A stretch of DNA of 63,860 nucleotides, filler included, from Squatina squatina (Eukaryota), in NCBI GenBank assembly GCA_031763465.1. It is 4 parts of 4 records of this genome, joined end to end, with 100 filler letters (N's around TTAATTAATTAA, not from the genome) between each part and the next. Parts side by side here need not be neighbours in the genome. Positions count along the whole stretch, not along the records: positions 48,558 to 63,860 come from JARFOE010000004.1; 3 more parts are not named here. The stretch is one strand, 5' to 3'. The notes beneath the pieces are model-generated. The model saw nothing but the letters and a program-made list of their open reading frames with translations, did no database searches and had not been told where the DNA came from. The stretch's first letter is position 1; each line of letters begins with the position of its first letter. Below are positions 60,426 to 63,860 of this stretch, in pieces. The position numbers and the translations under genes were made by a program.

Positions 60426-60559
60426 ATGTAAAATGTAATAAACTGCTTACATATACATCATCCTTTCTCTTGGTATTATGAAGTCCTGAATCATGCTTCT
60501 TCTCAACCTTCTTTTCACCAATGAAAGCAAATTCAGCCATGTAAGCATCTCCTCATAAC

Positions 60560-60835
60560 CTAGAGCACTGAGTTCCAAAACTCTTGTCACATTGTTCTGA
60601 ATTCTTTCCAATGCACAAACTCCTCCTTGAAGTCACATTGGCAAAAACTGTGCACAATGTTCCAAATGCCATTTTAACAATAATCTATACAAAGTTACGT
60701 TAACTTGTTTTGACTTAAAGTTAAATTCCTTCAAGATGCATCTCCAGTATTTGATCTGCTTTGTTGGTAACAGATTCACTATAACTGGAAACCTTCCATA
60801 AATGGCCAATAATGAGAGCCAAATCTTTTTCCCTT
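60560..60835 (-). mobile_element. Decayed CR1 fragment
   Basis: KADQIL...FKSKQVNVTLYRLLLKWHLEHCAQF. Confidence 0.7.
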
Positions 60836-62903
60836 GCCCACACAGCTGTGTACCATGGACCATATATATAAATAATTACAAGAGAAAACACCAACTGACC
60901 CACAACCATTGCTAAATTAAAAGCTAATTTTGCGTAATTACATTCACATGATTCACTTTACTCAAGCTAAACTAAATTGCAGTTTTAATTAGATTTTTTC
61001 TACCAATGAGGACGAAAGTGCAGAAAACAAACTTCTCCGAATATCCATGCCTGCAAAATGTTCCTCTACTCTGCACCTGAAAAATGAGTGCAATGCAGAG
61101 GAAACATGGGCTGATCCTTCGCTGCCTTCTGCTCCTAAATATCACAGCACCTGAACTTCCTTTATAGCTTTTCTGATGTCTGCACCTGACTGTGCCTAAA
61201 GAAAACAGACCCGTTCTCCCGGGTTTCTCAACCGCTTTCTAGCACCTCCCCCCGCCCTGCTCCCGACCCACCTCCAAATTAAAATTCCACCCATTGCGTC
61301 AATGGAAATAAAAATACTGAAGATGTAAAATGGGCTGCCGATTTGCGATCATCGTTTTGCACTATTGCACAAAGTCAAAATCACTTCCGTCAAATTTTGA
61401 GGCCTGGAGTTTCCTTTTAAATAAAGCTCAGTTTCTGGTGTAAAATCTTTACTACACCAGCAAAATATGATTTTAAGCATTTCATTAAACAGAAACCCTT
61501 GGAACACTTATTTTAAAAATTAAATAATGAAAATGCAATCACTATGTTTTGATGAGTCTTGCAAAAAGTGTCACAGTTATCTAAGCAAAGATCATTAAAG
61601 TTTGATAGGATGCACCAACTTTTCAATGAAATTATACAAAATGATCTGAGAATTATAGATATACATCACTCCATATAAATGCTATTATATATTTGTGCTA
61701 TAAAAATAGGAAAGCAAGATACGAGTCAGTAATAAAAGTTTGGACTTCGACAATCTCAGATTAATGTTTAGTAGATTTTCAAGTATTTATANNNNNNNNN
61801 NNNNNNNNNNNNNNNNNNNNNNNNNNNNNNNNNNNNNNNNNNNNNNNNNNNNNNNNNNNNNNNNNNNNNNNNNNNNNNNNNNNNNNNNNNNAACATACTA
61901 CTGTAAACTAATATCATTAGTAAATAGTTCTGTATAGTTTTTTAAAGTCATTTTCAGTTATTTAAAATCACGTTACTCACGGGTGGGGAACTGGACATTG
62001 ATTAAAAATGTTTTTTTTTGTGATAAACCCATTTTCAGCTCTATTAATAAACCTGCACCAGGTTACCACTTTTAATATATCAAAGAATATTTTTTAATGC
62101 AAACATTAAAAAAAAAACATTCTGAAACGCTGTTCGATTGTGCTGGTTAATGACTAATTTTGCGTTCACCGATAAGCAAATGGGTTTGAGTGGAAGCTGG
62201 AGGAAAAAGAACACTTCTCAAAACTAGCACAATTCTGGGTGCAATTTGTGCCTGACTCACCGATTGCACCCAACTCGGAAACTCTACCCCTAAGTTTTTA
62301 CTATGATAGCTGGCAATTACTTTAGTACCCTGCTTCACCTTGTACATAAACAAATGCTGGCATGGTAAAATCTCTGACCTTTTCATACTGTGTTGTTCAT
62401 TATTGCCTGGTGGTTCTAACTAAACTGTGTTTCTGCTTAAAATATTGAAGCTCCCTGATGTAAATCTCAGGAAATAGATGAATTAGCAGATATTTCTCAA
62501 AGGTAACATTTTTCATTTCTGAGCCATTATTGGCATAAAACTTCAAAGCCTCTGTGAGAAGTGAATATAAGCATTAAACATCACGAGACCAAAGACAAAT
62601 TTGGAGTGTATCCACTTTCAGTTACGCTTTACTGATCATCCCGCTCCCCCCCATCCCCCTCCCCGCCCCAGTCAGAGCTACACATACTGTCACGTGTCCC
62701 GATGGCCGAGTCTGCTGCTGAACACTTGCAGGAGGAGCAGTCTTTGCAGGGGCGCTCATAGGCTCCAAAACCCAGAGGATGTCCACCAAAAGTGTCAACG
62801 CAGNNNNNNNNNNNNNNNNNNNNNNNNNNNNNNNNNNNNNNNNNNNNNNNNNNNNNNNNNNNNNNNNNNNNNNNNNNNNNNNNNNNNNNNNNNNNNNNNN
62901 NNN

Positions 62904-63300
62904 TATCATACGTGCTACATATTGAGTACACTGCTGCTTGTGAAATAAACATGCACTGTATGATGTACAACTTCCTTTTCCTGCTGGAGTCCAGCTGCAG
63001 TTATCCCTGTATCCTGGATGCTGTAAATTAGCCCTTTGTAGTCCAGGAGGATTCAATCAACCACAGGTGTGAGCCTGCTGAGACCGGACTGGGATTAGGT
63101 AGCAACATTTGATATAAGATCCAAAAAAGCACCAGTAATCTCCAGACCACATGCAGTTGGTCTTTGGAGAGAGCAAAGGAAAACCCTGATGAAATGTGGC
63201 AAAAACCAAGGAATGCAATTTTAAACTTCGACATCTGCAAGAATGAAGAAACCAGGTCTTCATTTTACAATGGTGATGTCAATGAGAATGCAAGACAGTG
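62904..63300 (-). mobile_element. Possible decayed Harbinger transposase fragment
   Basis: ...GKGSCTSYSACLFHKQQCTQYVAR resembles RKGFHSLNVQLVCDHKQRFLQVCAR-type HARBI1-like motif; weak. Confidence 0.3.
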
Positions 63301-63860
63301 AAAGTAATGTGCCTGAATAACTTAAAAAATCTTAACCCTCCATTGTAAACTATCACCTAAAACCACCACCAGACTTCACAATTAATTTTCGCTCGACTCG
63401 GTTTTTTTGTTATAGAAAATTAAAAATTGCATTTTTGAGATTCTGGCCCCGATATTTATGGGGAGCTGGGGTGGGTGCAGGTGAGACCCAAAATGGCCAA
63501 AGAAACTGGCAAAGCCAGGGACACGGATATTCCGCTGCACTTAACCGCAGGACCTCACATAACGGTTTTTTAGCTCCGTTTCCCACCTGGTGACAGCCAA
63601 ATGGACAGCCTGGCGGGCGGGCGGCAGAGAACACCAGCAGCAGGAGGCTGCAGCACTTGGGGATGGTTCTGAGCAATCAGGGGATTAGAGAGACCCACAA
63701 TCAGGATGCCTGCGGGGACGTTGGCAATCAGGGATGATGGAGGCCAAAGGCTTCCCTGAGAAGCTGGCAGGAACACTCTTTGTGGCTCAAAAGGAGTGCT
63801 GAAACAGGCACTTACCTTGTGGAGCAGGCAGCTCCCGCCTCGCTTTCACTACCAGGTTTC

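Overview
Eukaryotic, not prokaryotic, DNA. It is a fragmented cartilaginous-fish (shark-like) assembly, judged from Deu-domain SINEs of SacSINE1 type, CR1/L2 LINEs, Penelope relics and Harbinger elements. Three artificial 100-nt spacers (N44-TTAATTAATTAA-N44) split the window into four unrelated scaffolds, and the internal 100-N gaps are not to scale. Scaffold 1 (1-14212) holds five candidate minus-strand exons of a gene I cannot identify. Scaffold 2 (14313-27297) holds the first coding exon of an EGLN/PHD HIF prolyl-hydroxylase in a CpG island. It has no MYND finger, mixes EGLN1/2/3 traits and carries a 12-residue insertion in the beta2-beta3 substrate loop. Tx1, Harbinger, L2, CR1 and Penelope relics follow. 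Scaffold 3 (27398-48457) holds SETD2 (exon 1, a candidate micro-exon 2, and the giant exon with seven ~39-aa tandem repeats), two KIF9 exons and four NBEAL2 exons, all on the minus strand. Scaffold 4 (48558-63860) has no recognisable gene but carries an E-box/D-box cluster and repeats. Best leads: a possible fourth EGLN paralogue, Penelope-derived foldback elements with minimal hammerhead ribozyme cores, and the SETD2 repeat expansion. All homology calls are from recalled sequences, not database searches, and repeat boundaries are approximate.
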